Part shown: positions 1 to 9,881 of the stretch, piece by piece | How the letters are laid out: the number at the start of each line of letters is the position of its first letter | How positions within the stretch are numbered: the stretch's first letter is position 1 | Source: Candidatus Hermodarchaeota archaeon | GTDB lineage: Archaea; Asgardarchaeota; Lokiarchaeia; Sigyniarchaeales; SOKP01 | DNA length: 64,000 nt | NCBI GenBank assembly: GCA_048885525.1 | Contig: JBHLLP010000005.1 | Coordinates: 1-64,000, forward strand | Direction: 5' to 3' | Program-made: the position numbers and the translations under genes | Notes under the pieces: model-generated | Told to the model about the DNA's origin: nothing | What the model saw: only the letters and a program-made list of their open reading frames with translations | Databases searched by the model: none

Positions 1-777
1 TAACCACCACCATCTTGGTACAAAAATTTCCCTTTTATATTTACGTGAGGCTTTCATCACCGCTTTTGCAATATCTTTAACATCAACAAATTTATAGAAA
101 AACCCGTGTTTTTGATATTTCTCAACCCATTCCGTCATTTCAGGAGTATTCTCCCAAAATTTTGTTTTTGCTGGAGCAGGACAGATTGTTATTACTTGAA
201 TATTATGATTCTGCATCTTAAACTCTAATCGAATAGAATTTGCTAAACCTACTATAGCATATTTACTCATCGAATATGCTGCCATATGTGGAATTCCGGT
301 TTTCCCTGCGGAACTTGAAGAAAATATAAGTTGACCTTCTTTTCGATCAGGGTATTTTTTTGTAGGAGCTGGTCGTCCTATATATGGTAATGCTGCTTGG
401 AGTATTAACCACATCCCATCAACATTTATAGACATGATTTTTCGATACTCTTCGAATGTTCCCCCATTTGTTATCGAACAAGTGGTTCCTATACCTGCAT
501 TGTTATACAAGATATCAATATGTTTTTCTTTTTCACCTATCTTTTCAATAACCTCTTCAATTTGGGTTCTGTTAGTGATATCAAATTCAAATGTTTCAAC
601 ACTTTCAGCCCCTAGGTCTTTAATTTCATGTTTTAATCTATCTAAAGGTGTATTAGGAAGATCTAATAGATACATTCTCATACCTAATGGAGCAAATCGA
701 CGACAAACTTCACTTCCAATATCTCCACTTGCTCCTGTTATCACAAATACCTTACTTTTATACCATTTTTTTTTCAT
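1..777 (-). CDS. Short-chain dehydrogenase/reductase (3' end outside the window)
   Basis: Not in the ORF track. Manual translation from ATG at 777 gives MKKKWYKSKVFVITGASGDIGSEVCRRF (TGxxxGIG-type motif), later NAGIG and the catalytic YSMSK (YxxxK). The frame appears open to position 1. Confidence 0.9.
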   Translation of the reverse strand, partial: MKKKWYKSKVFVITGASGDIGSEVCRRFAPLGMRMYLLDLPNTPLDRLKHEIKDLGAESVETFEFDITNRTQIEEVIEKIGEKEKHIDILYNNAGIGTTCSITNGGTFEEYRKIMSINVDGMWLILQAALPYIGRPAPTKKYPDRKEGQLIFSSSSAGKTGIPHMAAYSMSKYAIVGLANSIRLEFKMQNHNIQVITICPAPAKTKFWENTPEMTEWVEKYQKHGFFYKFVDVKDIAKAVMKASRKYKREIFVPRWWWL

Positions 778-843
778 TGAATAAACACAATTTCAAATAT
801 TTAGAATATAGATTTAGAAGTTTAAAAATAAGAATTTAGTTAT

Positions 844-1227
844 CTATTCACCTTTAATTACCTCTCCATTAAAGGAGGAAAAATGATTAAAAATTGCTTT
901 AGTGTCACCTTCAATTTTAGCAAACACATTAACAGGACTCGCAGCAACGGGTTTGTTCCCAGAACTCGCAGGGGTAGGTCCCCAAAAAATGCAAAATCCC
1001 TGACCACTAATCCAATATCCCACATCTCCTATATCGCATTCTTTTTGAGAATTCTCTGCAGGGATTGTAACAGGGCAATCACCATATAATTCCTCACCCC
1101 ATCTTGATAAATTAACTTCAAATGGAAGAGCATCCCAAATTGCTTGACATGTTTTAGGATTTTTATCAATTAATAATTTTGCTTTTACTTCTCCAATTTT
1201 CTCATTTTTAATTATTATATATTTCAT
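844..1227 (-). CDS. Cyclophilin-like fold protein (TM1367-like)
   Basis: NPKTCQAIWDALP, RWGEELY, GDVGYW..GFCIFWGPTP and ASPVNVF are typical of this family. Confidence 0.8.
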   Translation of the reverse strand: MKYIIIKNEKIGEVKAKLLIDKNPKTCQAIWDALPFEVNLSRWGEELYGDCPVTIPAENSQKECDIGDVGYWISGQGFCIFWGPTPASSGNKPVAASPVNVFAKIEGDTKAIFNHFSSFNGEVIKGE

Positions 1228-1381
1228 GATACAACTTCAAATATTAGAGTTTTAACAATATATAATAATCATTAGTATTTAAACAGAATAAATTGAACAT
1301 TACAAATAAAACTAAAAAGCCAAGTATAATTTTGTTAAAACAATATTATTTAGACATTATAAATAAGTAAAAAAGTATTGG

Positions 1382-1786
1382 ATGATGGCACAATCTAATG
1401 ATGACAAATTACTTTCAAACCCAATTGAGACTCAAGGTTTATTGATTAAACATATTTATAAAAAGTTTGGAAAAGAAGCATTAGGTTTAAAAATTAAAAA
1501 AAAACTGCCAAATAACAACTTAACTACCGTTGCTAAAGCATTTTCGAAGAGTTTTAACCAAAATTTTGTTAAAGTAATTTCGATTTCAGATGAAAAATTC
1601 CAGATTCATGGCACTAAATGTCCATTTGAACTTGAGAATACCTTTAGAGAATTATGTGAAGTCGTTATGACTATTGATCATGAATATTTTCGCGAAGCTG
1701 TTAATAAAAAGATCGAACTAAAAATTATAAAAACTATTGCAGCAGGTGATCCTTATTGTGATACTATTTATGAGATACAGAGATAA
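1382..1786 (+). CDS. ATC-hydrolase/V4R-like small ligand-binding protein, possibly internally deleted
   Basis: KCPF..ELCEVVMTID..TIAAGDPYC cysteine pattern. Confidence 0.55.
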   Translation: MMAQSNDDKLLSNPIETQGLLIKHIYKKFGKEALGLKIKKKLPNNNLTTVAKAFSKSFNQNFVKVISISDEKFQIHGTKCPFELENTFRELCEVVMTIDHEYFREAVNKKIELKIIKTIAAGDPYCDTIYEIQR

Positions 1787-1812
1787 TCAAATTTTTAGGG
1801 ATATTATATATC

Positions 1813-2628
1813 ATGATTTTAGAGAAAACTGTTAATCTCGTTAAGCAAATATATAAAATTCATAAAATTATTCCCCCTCAAATTACAAAAGTAGTTATTG
1901 GATTAGGTTATACTGGTGTGGAAGTTACAGCTTATGCCTATGAACCATTTTTAGGTTTAGCTTCAACTTTACCGAGTGTCATAAAGACAGCTAATTGTAG
2001 TAAGATCAATTTTGCTGGTGAACTTACAAATCAACCACTCACTAAACTTTTAGATTGGTCTATTAAATCCCCCAGTTTAAAAAAAATTATTGGAATTGCC
2101 ACTTTAAATGGTATATCTCAACATATATTAAAAATAATAAATCCCTATAGAAAATTTGAAGAAAAAAATTTAGTAAATATTGTAAAAGTTAATAGAGATA
2201 CTAAAATTACATTTATAGGATTAATCAAACCATTAATACGAGAGATCCACAAAATAAGTCCTTCAATTATAGTAATAGAGGATAGTATTTCAAATTCTTC
2301 AGAATTTAAGGATATAATAATCAAAAATAGTATCGATCAATTAGAAAAAGAAGAGACTCCAACTGATATATTAATTTGTACTGGAACCACTTTAATTAAT
2401 AATACTCTTGAGTCTATTTTAGAGATATTCAAAAAAAAAGCTCGAAAAATAATTTTAATTGGTCCTACTGCTAGTATGATACCCGATATCTTGTTTGATT
2501 ATGGAGTTGATATAGTCGGAGGAATAGAAATATTTAATTCAGAAGCTACCTTAAAAATTTTGCAAGAAGGAGGGGGAACAAAATTATTTAAGAAATATGG
2601 AAAAAAATATAATTTGATAAAAGAATGA
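1813..2628 (+). CDS. DUF364-family Rossmann-like protein
   Basis: IGIATLNG, DILICTGTTLINNTLESIL, IGPTASM and FDYGVDIVGG motifs. Confidence 0.8.
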   Translation: MILEKTVNLVKQIYKIHKIIPPQITKVVIGLGYTGVEVTAYAYEPFLGLASTLPSVIKTANCSKINFAGELTNQPLTKLLDWSIKSPSLKKIIGIATLNGISQHILKIINPYRKFEEKNLVNIVKVNRDTKITFIGLIKPLIREIHKISPSIIVIEDSISNSSEFKDIIIKNSIDQLEKEETPTDILICTGTTLINNTLESILEIFKKKARKIILIGPTASMIPDILFDYGVDIVGGIEIFNSEATLKILQEGGGTKLFKKYGKKYNLIKE

Positions 2629-2669
2629 TACGATATAACTAATGAAATTTCTATTCAAATTTATACAAA

Positions 2670-2978
2670 TCATAAACCTTTCATTTGTAAATAAACCCAA
2701 AATAATATTAATACTATTAATGCAACCCCAATTATTGTGATTAAACCTATTATAAAACAAAATATCTTAGGAAAGAAGGCAAGTATCAAAAATAATAATC
2801 CAATTGCAATTATAAAAATGATTATTAAATTTCTACTAGCGTTCCCTCTTTTTTTCAATGCTGTATAATCAAGTTCCATACCACAATTAGAACAAAAATC
2901 TTGCTCGTACCGATATATTATCGTTTTAGTACCGCATTTTCGGCACTTCACCGGTTCTTTACTTCTATCATATGGCAT
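2670..2978 (-). CDS. Zinc-ribbon membrane protein
   Basis: CRKCG..FCSNCG followed by two hydrophobic helices. Confidence 0.7.
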   Translation of the reverse strand: MPYDRSKEPVKCRKCGTKTIIYRYEQDFCSNCGMELDYTALKKRGNASRNLIIIFIIAIGLLFLILAFFPKIFCFIIGLITIIGVALIVLILFWVYLQMKGL

Positions 2979-3285
2979 GGAATATACATTAAGATTAAAG
3001 GATTATTAAATATTTCTTTAGATATAAGAGTCTTTTAATTAAAACTTCTTATTCTTTATTTCTCTATAATAGTTCATAAACTATTAGAGAAATTTACATG
3101 AAGACTGTGGCGCATAATTATTTAGAAAATATAGAAAAAAATATAAATTAATTAAGGATTAAGTTGTTTTAATACTAGATTGAAATAAATTAATTTTATA
3201 AGAAATCAGCAAGTCTAAATTATAATTTCACGAAGTTTTTAATCTTTGAAAAAACCAATACTGTGTTAGAGAGAGTAAATAAAAA

Positions 3286-3816
3286 ATGTCTGAACAAGTA
3301 TATTCATTTAAATTGATCGTAATTGGTCCAGCAGCAGTAGGAAAATCAAGTCTTATACGTAGATTTGTGGAAAATAAGTTTTCTTTACATTACAAATTCA
3401 CTATAGGAGTAGATTTTATGACAAAAACTGTAGAATATGAATCAGGGAAAGCTGCTAAACTTACATTATGGGATATTGGAGGTCAAGAACGGTTTAAAGT
3501 ATTACGTAGAAGTTTTTATGAGGGAACAAATGGAGCTTTAGTTGTTTTTGATCTTTCAAGAGCAAATACTTTTCTGAAAATGAAAGAGTGGCTTTCAGAT
3601 GCTCGCCAATCTATTGAAAATAATTTCCCTGTCATAATAATTGGAAATAAGTTAGATTTAATTCCGGAAATTGGAGAAATAATAGATAGAAATCAGCCTT
3701 TACAATTTGCCAAAAACGAAAATAGCATTTATATTGAAACTTCTGCGAAGACTGGTGAAAATGTCGATAAAGCTTTTCTTGATCTTACTTTAAGGATGGT
3801 GAAAAAATTCGCTTAG
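3286..3816 (+). CDS. Rab-like small GTPase (copy 1)
   Basis: G1 GPAAVGKS, G2 TIGVDF, G3 WDIGGQERF, G4 GNKLD, G5 ETSAK. Confidence 0.95.
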   Translation: MSEQVYSFKLIVIGPAAVGKSSLIRRFVENKFSLHYKFTIGVDFMTKTVEYESGKAAKLTLWDIGGQERFKVLRRSFYEGTNGALVVFDLSRANTFLKMKEWLSDARQSIENNFPVIIIGNKLDLIPEIGEIIDRNQPLQFAKNENSIYIETSAKTGENVDKAFLDLTLRMVKKFA

Positions 3817-3975
3817 TTTAAGTGGTTAAAAAAATAATACTTTACGCATATATTTTATCATCTTTAAACTTTTTTTAGAATATTCTAATTTTTGAATATT
3901 TTCGAAATGGAACAATATAAATTATTTAATTTTTATAAGATGTTTATAGAAATAGACATCTTATTTTTCAACAAA

Positions 3976-4506
3976 ATGGAAGATTATTCATTCAAAATTC
4001 TCGTTATTGGCCCAGCTGCAGTAGGAAAATCATCTCTTATACGCCGTTTTGTTGAAAATAAATTTTCTCTCCAATATAAATTCACCATTGGGGTAGATTT
4101 TTTAAGTAAGAATGTAGAATATGAAAAAGGTAAAAATGCAAGGTTAATTATCTGGGATATTGGAGGCCAAGATCGCTTTAAATCATTACGTCATAGTTTT
4201 TATGAAGGAACTAATGGTGCTTTAGTTGTCTTTGATCTTTCAAGAGCCAAAACTTTTTCGAAAATGAAAGAATGGCTCTCCAATATGAGACAAATAATTA
4301 AAGATGATATTCCTGTTGTTATAATTGGAAATAAAGCTGATTTAATCTCTGAAATTGGAGAAGTCATCGATCGAAATGAAGCACAAAATTATGCTGAAAA
4401 AGAAAATAGTTTATATATTGAAACTTCAGCTAAAGAAGGGAATAATGTAGAAAATGCGTTTATTGAACTTACAAATAGGATCATAAAATACATAGATTCT
4501 GAATAA
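3976..4506 (+). CDS. Rab-like small GTPase (copy 2)
   Basis: Same G1-G5 motifs. Start moved from TTG 3892 to ATG 3976 (MEDYSFKIL), which matches the 176-aa length of its paralogs. Confidence 0.93.
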   Translation: MEDYSFKILVIGPAAVGKSSLIRRFVENKFSLQYKFTIGVDFLSKNVEYEKGKNARLIIWDIGGQDRFKSLRHSFYEGTNGALVVFDLSRAKTFSKMKEWLSNMRQIIKDDIPVVIIGNKADLISEIGEVIDRNEAQNYAEKENSLYIETSAKEGNNVENAFIELTNRIIKYIDSE

Positions 4507-4620
4507 TAGTTTTTAGCTCTTTTTTATAATTATTTCTATTTAAACTCAATGTTTTGGAAAATGTTTAAATAACTGATGGAGATTATTTATTAGAATTGTA
4601 TAATAAATTAATTATCCATT

Positions 4621-5151
4621 ATGTCAATTTATGTATTTAAGGTTATAATAATAGGACCCGGAGCCGTCGGTAAAACTTCACTTCTACACCGGTTTGTAGA
4701 GAATAAATTCTCCTTTAGGTATAAATTAACTATTGGTGCTGATTTTCTATCAAAAATTATTGAATATAAGCCAGGTACAACTATAAAAATGCAGATTTGG
4801 GACATTGCTGGACAAGATAGATATAAATTTCTAAGATCAAGTTTTTTTGACGGAGCAAATGGAGCATTAATTGTTTTTGATCTCTCAAGATGGCATACAT
4901 TTAAAGAACTTGAAGAATGGTTAAAAGATTTACGTGATTATGCTGGTAAAGACGTACCATTTATATTAATTGGGAATAAGATAGATTTAATTGAAAAAAT
5001 TGATGAATTTAACCAACGAGAAAGTGCTCAAGTGTTTGCTAAAAAAGAAAAAACTTATTATGTTGAAACTTCAGCAAAAACTGGGGAGAATGTAGAAGAT
5101 GCCTTCTTGAATTTAGCAAATAGGATGTTAAAAAACATAAGTTATAAGTAG
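4621..5151 (+). CDS. Rab-like small GTPase (copy 3)
   Basis: GPGAVGKT, TIGADF, WDIAGQDRY, GNKID, ETSAK. Confidence 0.95.
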   Translation: MSIYVFKVIIIGPGAVGKTSLLHRFVENKFSFRYKLTIGADFLSKIIEYKPGTTIKMQIWDIAGQDRYKFLRSSFFDGANGALIVFDLSRWHTFKELEEWLKDLRDYAGKDVPFILIGNKIDLIEKIDEFNQRESAQVFAKKEKTYYVETSAKTGENVEDAFLNLANRMLKNISYK

Positions 5152-5241
5152 GAGCTCCTTTTCATCATCTATTTTTAAAATGGCTAATTAAAAAAAGACT
5201 ATTGTATTATTTTGATTAATTTATTTTATATATTTATGATT

Positions 5242-8200
5242 TTATTGATCAACAATTTTTAATATTGCAAATGATAGGAGATTAGTATAAAATTTTGAGA
5301 GATTTCTTTTGTTCATATCATTTTTAAGATCTTCATATTCATATGCTAAATCATCTAGTTTTTTCTCAATTACCTGTAAATCTTTCTTAATAAATTTTAT
5401 CTCTTCTTCCAATTTTTTAAAATAATCTAGTCTTTCTTGCTTTTTTGCCATATTAGTTATTTTTTCAATATTTTGGAGTTGTCGTGTACTAGGTCGTTTA
5501 ATCTCATTTCTTTCTAATGTTCGATTTATTGACTCAAGTTTAAGATTTAAGATTCTTCTTTTATGAGAAAAAATCTTGTCTTTTTTCTTTTTTTCTTGAT
5601 TAAAAATCTTTTCATTAAGGATTTTGATCTCCCTTTTCCAATTTGAAGTTTTTAATTTAATTTTTTTTTTGGCCCTCTGTTGAAGAATATTAATATTAGT
5701 ATAATCTATGTTGGCTTTCTTTTCATTCTGATTGAATAGAAACATCTTATTGAAACTGTTGATATCTAATATTGTATCAGCCAAATTTTCAATTTCATTT
5801 CCATTTCGATCTACAACTGTAGTAAGAATTTGATTTTCAATTATATAACCCTGAAATTTAACTGAGAAGACAAACAAATATAATTCATTTTCTTGAGTTA
5901 AATCTAAATTAAATTTTTTTATCAATTCGCTCTTTTTTAAATTTAAAATACTAAAAGTTCCTTGAAATTCATCATTTATTATGAAATCTAAAATGCTATT
6001 TATTAAGGGATGTCCTAAAGCGAAAAAGTCTATTTCTTCTCTTTTTCTTGCGATTTCTAAATTAAATGTCCCTCTATATTCATTTAGGAGTCTATACTTG
6101 AGTTTATTTAACAATTTTTCTTTTATTTTGATTTTTGATTGGAAGTTAAAATCTGTTGTAATATCCTCGAGATTATCTTGAATATCTTCTAATACTCCAT
6201 ATTGTTTATCATTGAGGTCAAAGAAATATTTCATTAATAAATACAATTCATTATGAGTAAGTTTTACATCTATGCATGATGCTAGTGAACTAACAAGTCC
6301 CTCCATTTGAAAAGATCTTTTATCGATCATTAAATCATCTAACTGCATCTCAATTTCTTTTGCCTTCCTTATTTCATCATCAAGAGTTCGATAAAACTCA
6401 TTTAATTTTTTCCTCTTTTTTCCATCTTCTTCAGCAAAAATCACACCCTTAAAGTCTTTTTCTACTCTCCCAATAATGGGTTCTAAAATTCCAATAGATT
6501 CCTCAAAAAGATTAATTCTTTTTATTAATGCGTGAAGTACATCAGTTTCTACTGTTCCTTCCAAAAAGAAATTATAAATATAAATTTCTTGAGATTCTTG
6601 TCCAATTCTATCTAATCTTCCAATTCGCTGTTCAAGTTTCATAGGATTCCATGGAAGATCATAATTAATAAGAATTCGGCAAAATTGAAAATTTCGACCC
6701 TCACCACCTATTTCTGTAGATATTAAAATAGAAAATTTCTTACTGTTCCTAAATCTCTCAACAGCCTCATCCTTTTGTATACTGTCTAATCCACCATAAA
6801 ATAATTCTACTCTAAATTGGTGATTAAGATTCTCTATTAGATTTTTTAGATGATTTAATGTATCAACAAATTGAGTAAAAATTATTATTTTTTCATTTGG
6901 ATTTTGGGTATATATTTTCTCTAATAATTCCAATAGCTTATCTGATTTTGAATCGTAAGGTAATGCTTTTAATTTATTGTAAAATTCTTTTAATATTTTT
7001 TCTTGATTAAGAAGATCAATTTCTTCATCTTTTTTTTCCTTCTCTGTTTTGTTAAAAGTTTCATCAATATCCAAATATTGATCTTCCAATTCTGATTCAT
7101 AATATTCAGGATTTCCTTCTTTTATGATGTCAGTATCAAGTAATATATTTTTATAACTATCAATTTGATCTAGTCTTCTTTCGAGACTCTTCAGAAACGC
7201 ATATTTTGAGCTAGTTAATAATTTTTGCAAGGTCGTAATTACAAATCCTATCCCTACATTTTCTTTACTTATTGAAGAATTATATATTTTAGCTAAATAG
7301 AGTCGAATTTCATTATATACCTCTAATTCTTCTCTTGTAGGATTTACCATAATTGTGTTTACAATTCTTTTATTTAGTACGTCTTCAGCAAACACATTTT
7401 TCTTGCGGTTTCTAATTAAAAATTTTGATAATGTATGATCTTCCGCAATTTTATTTAATAAATTCAATTTAAAAGAGTCATCTTTAAGTTTTGAAAGAAT
7501 TTCATCAATATTTTTATTTTTTTCTATATATCTAAGATCTTTTAGAAGCTTTATTGTATTTTTCACTTCAAAATTGTTTAATTTCTCTAAGTTATTCAAA
7601 TTAGTAGTTAATAAATTGATAAACGGCATGTTTTTCCTAAAATGTTCAAAATCACTAAAGTTTTCAAATATTTCAGGATGTATAAGCTCAATTAGAGAGA
7701 ATAATTCAAACGAGTAAAGTTGTAAGGGAGTAGCGGTCAATAGTAACATACTTTCTGATTTTGTACTTAAATTTCGAGCTAATTCATAATTAAGTGTTTC
7801 TCGATAATTTCCTGTTGTTGCATTGATTAAATATCTTCTTATATGATGTGCTTCGTCAAAAATTACAATATCCCAAGATATACCTGATAATAATTCAATG
7901 TACTTTCTATTTCGAGCGAATTGAAGTGAACATATTATTAAATTATCGTAGTAGAAAGGATTCTGAAAGATTTCTAGGTGTCTATAACTTCCTTTACGTT
8001 TTAATTCTTTGACTTTTTTTCCGTCATAAATGGTAAAGCTAATATTAAACTTATTCTGCATTTCAAATTGCCATTGTTTAACTAAAGATGCAGGAACGAT
8101 TATTAATATGCGTTCCGCTAAATCTCTAGCCATCATTTCCTTGATGTAGATACCTGCTTCAATCGTTTTTCCAAGACCAACTTCATCCGCCAAAATTATC

Positions 8201-8844
8201 CTTGGAAAATGTTCTTCAGATAAACGATGTGTAACATTTATTTGGTGTGGCATTAACGATAAACGGGAATTTGTTATACATTTAATTTGATATGATTTGT
8301 AGTAAGAATAAAAGAGATTTGCCCAATATTTTACCAAAAAGTTCTTAGTAGGATCGAGTAACTGTTTTGAAATCAAACTTTTTATGGGTGTCTCATATTT
8401 AGAATAAATCTCATTTTCAAAAATTTGAGAAACCTTTCCATTTTCCATTAAAAATTCATAGGAAATTACTCCATCTTTAACAAGAAAGTCCTTAGTATTA
8501 ATATAACCTATTCCATGTTTAGTTACAATTTTATCATTAAGTTCAAAAATAAAATGGATAAGATCAACGGGATGAATTATTTTTGTTATCTTATTTCTAA
8601 AAGATACTTTATATTTAGTGATAAAATGAGTATCTTCTTCATCTAAAGATTTTGATGTGGGGATTTCTATTTTTTTTATTATTCGCCCTACTCCCAAATC
8701 TGGATTTAACCTATATATTACTTGATTGCCTACATTAAACTTTTGTCCTTGACAATAGATATTGAAACATTTAGAAAACTTTGACTCTAAATCCTTTCCG
8801 CAGAAACTGCAAGTATACTTAGGAGGATTTATCTCTAAAACCAT
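5242..8844 (-). CDS. SNF2-family helicase-like ATPase, RapA/HepA-like
   Basis: LMPHQ, ILADEVGLGKTIEAG, DEAHH, LLTATP, STEIGGEGRNFQ and YDLPWNPMKLEQRIGRLDRIGQ. Has an N-terminal CxxC..CxxxxC and a C-terminal coiled coil. Confidence 0.9.
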   Translation of the reverse strand: MVLEINPPKYTCSFCGKDLESKFSKCFNIYCQGQKFNVGNQVIYRLNPDLGVGRIIKKIEIPTSKSLDEEDTHFITKYKVSFRNKITKIIHPVDLIHFIFELNDKIVTKHGIGYINTKDFLVKDGVISYEFLMENGKVSQIFENEIYSKYETPIKSLISKQLLDPTKNFLVKYWANLFYSYYKSYQIKCITNSRLSLMPHQINVTHRLSEEHFPRIILADEVGLGKTIEAGIYIKEMMARDLAERILIIVPASLVKQWQFEMQNKFNISFTIYDGKKVKELKRKGSYRHLEIFQNPFYYDNLIICSLQFARNRKYIELLSGISWDIVIFDEAHHIRRYLINATTGNYRETLNYELARNLSTKSESMLLLTATPLQLYSFELFSLIELIHPEIFENFSDFEHFRKNMPFINLLTTNLNNLEKLNNFEVKNTIKLLKDLRYIEKNKNIDEILSKLKDDSFKLNLLNKIAEDHTLSKFLIRNRKKNVFAEDVLNKRIVNTIMVNPTREELEVYNEIRLYLAKIYNSSISKENVGIGFVITTLQKLLTSSKYAFLKSLERRLDQIDSYKNILLDTDIIKEGNPEYYESELEDQYLDIDETFNKTEKEKKDEEIDLLNQEKILKEFYNKLKALPYDSKSDKLLELLEKIYTQNPNEKIIIFTQFVDTLNHLKNLIENLNHQFRVELFYGGLDSIQKDEAVERFRNSKKFSILISTEIGGEGRNFQFCRILINYDLPWNPMKLEQRIGRLDRIGQESQEIYIYNFFLEGTVETDVLHALIKRINLFEESIGILEPIIGRVEKDFKGVIFAEEDGKKRKKLNEFYRTLDDEIRKAKEIEMQLDDLMIDKRSFQMEGLVSSLASCIDVKLTHNELYLLMKYFFDLNDKQYGVLEDIQDNLEDITTDFNFQSKIKIKEKLLNKLKYRLLNEYRGTFNLEIARKREEIDFFALGHPLINSILDFIINDEFQGTFSILNLKKSELIKKFNLDLTQENELYLFVFSVKFQGYIIENQILTTVVDRNGNEIENLADTILDINSFNKMFLFNQNEKKANIDYTNINILQQRAKKKIKLKTSNWKREIKILNEKIFNQEKKKKDKIFSHKRRILNLKLESINRTLERNEIKRPSTRQLQNIEKITNMAKKQERLDYFKKLEEEIKFIKKDLQVIEKKLDDLAYEYEDLKNDMNKRNLSKFYTNLLSFAILKIVDQ

Positions 8845-8911
8845 TATCTTTATATTTTATTTAATATAAAACCAACTAAAAATTTTAGCATTTAAATTCT
8901 GTGAGGATGAT

Positions 8912-9778
8912 TTGATGTCTGAAAAAAAAATAGAACCAACTTATATTGGTGAAAATAAAAGTCTAGTATTTGTAAATCCAACGGAACTTTTTACAATGTT
9001 TTCTTCGAGAAGGGTGAAAGCAGATTCTGAAAATTCGGAATTATTAAATAAGTATGTAAAAAGTACTATTGAAGGATTACAGAATGGTATAAAAACAAAA
9101 TATGGAAACGAAAATAACACAGAAACTCAAACATCACCTGATTTTTGGGATGAATTTGAAAAAAAAGTAAGAGACTTTGGAATAGACTTTATTGGATATA
9201 CTTCTGTAATTGAAAACTTTATTTTCTATAAGCTCACTATTTACGGTAAAAATGCTATTGTCCTTGGTATGGAACTTAAAAGTGATGGTATAAAAACCGC
9301 TCCGAATATTCTAAGCGCTATTGAATCCTTTAGAGTTTATAAGGAATTGGGTGAAAAGACTATTGAATTAACCAATTATTTAAAAAGCAAAGGATTTAAA
9401 AGTGAAGCACATCATCCCTTCGGCGGAAAACTTTTATATCCTCCTCATGCTGTTGAGGCAGGATTGGGAATAAAGGGGAGAAATGGTCTGGTATGTACGC
9501 CTGAATTCGGAATAAGACAACGTTGGTCCATGATTACTACTGATGCAGTGATTCCGAACACTATCAAAAGAAATTTTACCGAATTGGAAAATTTTTGCCA
9601 AGACTGTGGAGAATGTATAAGCAACTGCTTAGGTGAAGCCGCTTATAAGGAACCTATTGAAAAGGTGAAAGGCTCAGGAGTTATTACACATATAGAACGT
9701 TCAAAATGCACGCAAAGTATGTTAAATAATAATTATTGTAGCGTATGTTTAAAAGCATGTCCACAAGGACATCTTTAA
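8912..9778 (+). CDS. QueG/reductive-dehalogenase-like iron-sulfur protein (probably corrinoid-dependent)
   Basis: AVEAGLGIKGRNGLVCTPEFGIRQR, FCQDCGECISNC and CSVCLKACP. Confidence 0.75.
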   Translation: MMSEKKIEPTYIGENKSLVFVNPTELFTMFSSRRVKADSENSELLNKYVKSTIEGLQNGIKTKYGNENNTETQTSPDFWDEFEKKVRDFGIDFIGYTSVIENFIFYKLTIYGKNAIVLGMELKSDGIKTAPNILSAIESFRVYKELGEKTIELTNYLKSKGFKSEAHHPFGGKLLYPPHAVEAGLGIKGRNGLVCTPEFGIRQRWSMITTDAVIPNTIKRNFTELENFCQDCGECISNCLGEAAYKEPIEKVKGSGVITHIERSKCTQSMLNNNYCSVCLKACPQGHL

Positions 9779-9881
9779 AAATATCTAATATAATTTTTCG
9801 ATAAACAAAATATAATAGTTATATTCAAATTAGAACAATTTTTTTTATAAACTATAAAAAATCTAATTTTCTTAAATCGAA

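Noticed and set aside
434-784. 116-aa + strand ORF
   Set aside because: Antisense shadow of the SDR gene on the minus strand (777 to 1).
1813-2628. TGA-terminated genes (also 39931, 40445) as possible Sec read-through
   Set aside because: The proteins appear complete at the TGA, there is no Cys-motif context and no nearby SECIS.
3061-3090. Imperfect inverted repeat TCTCTATAATAGTT..AACTATTAGAGA upstream of the Rab cluster
   Set aside because: AT-rich and single-copy, so plausible by chance.
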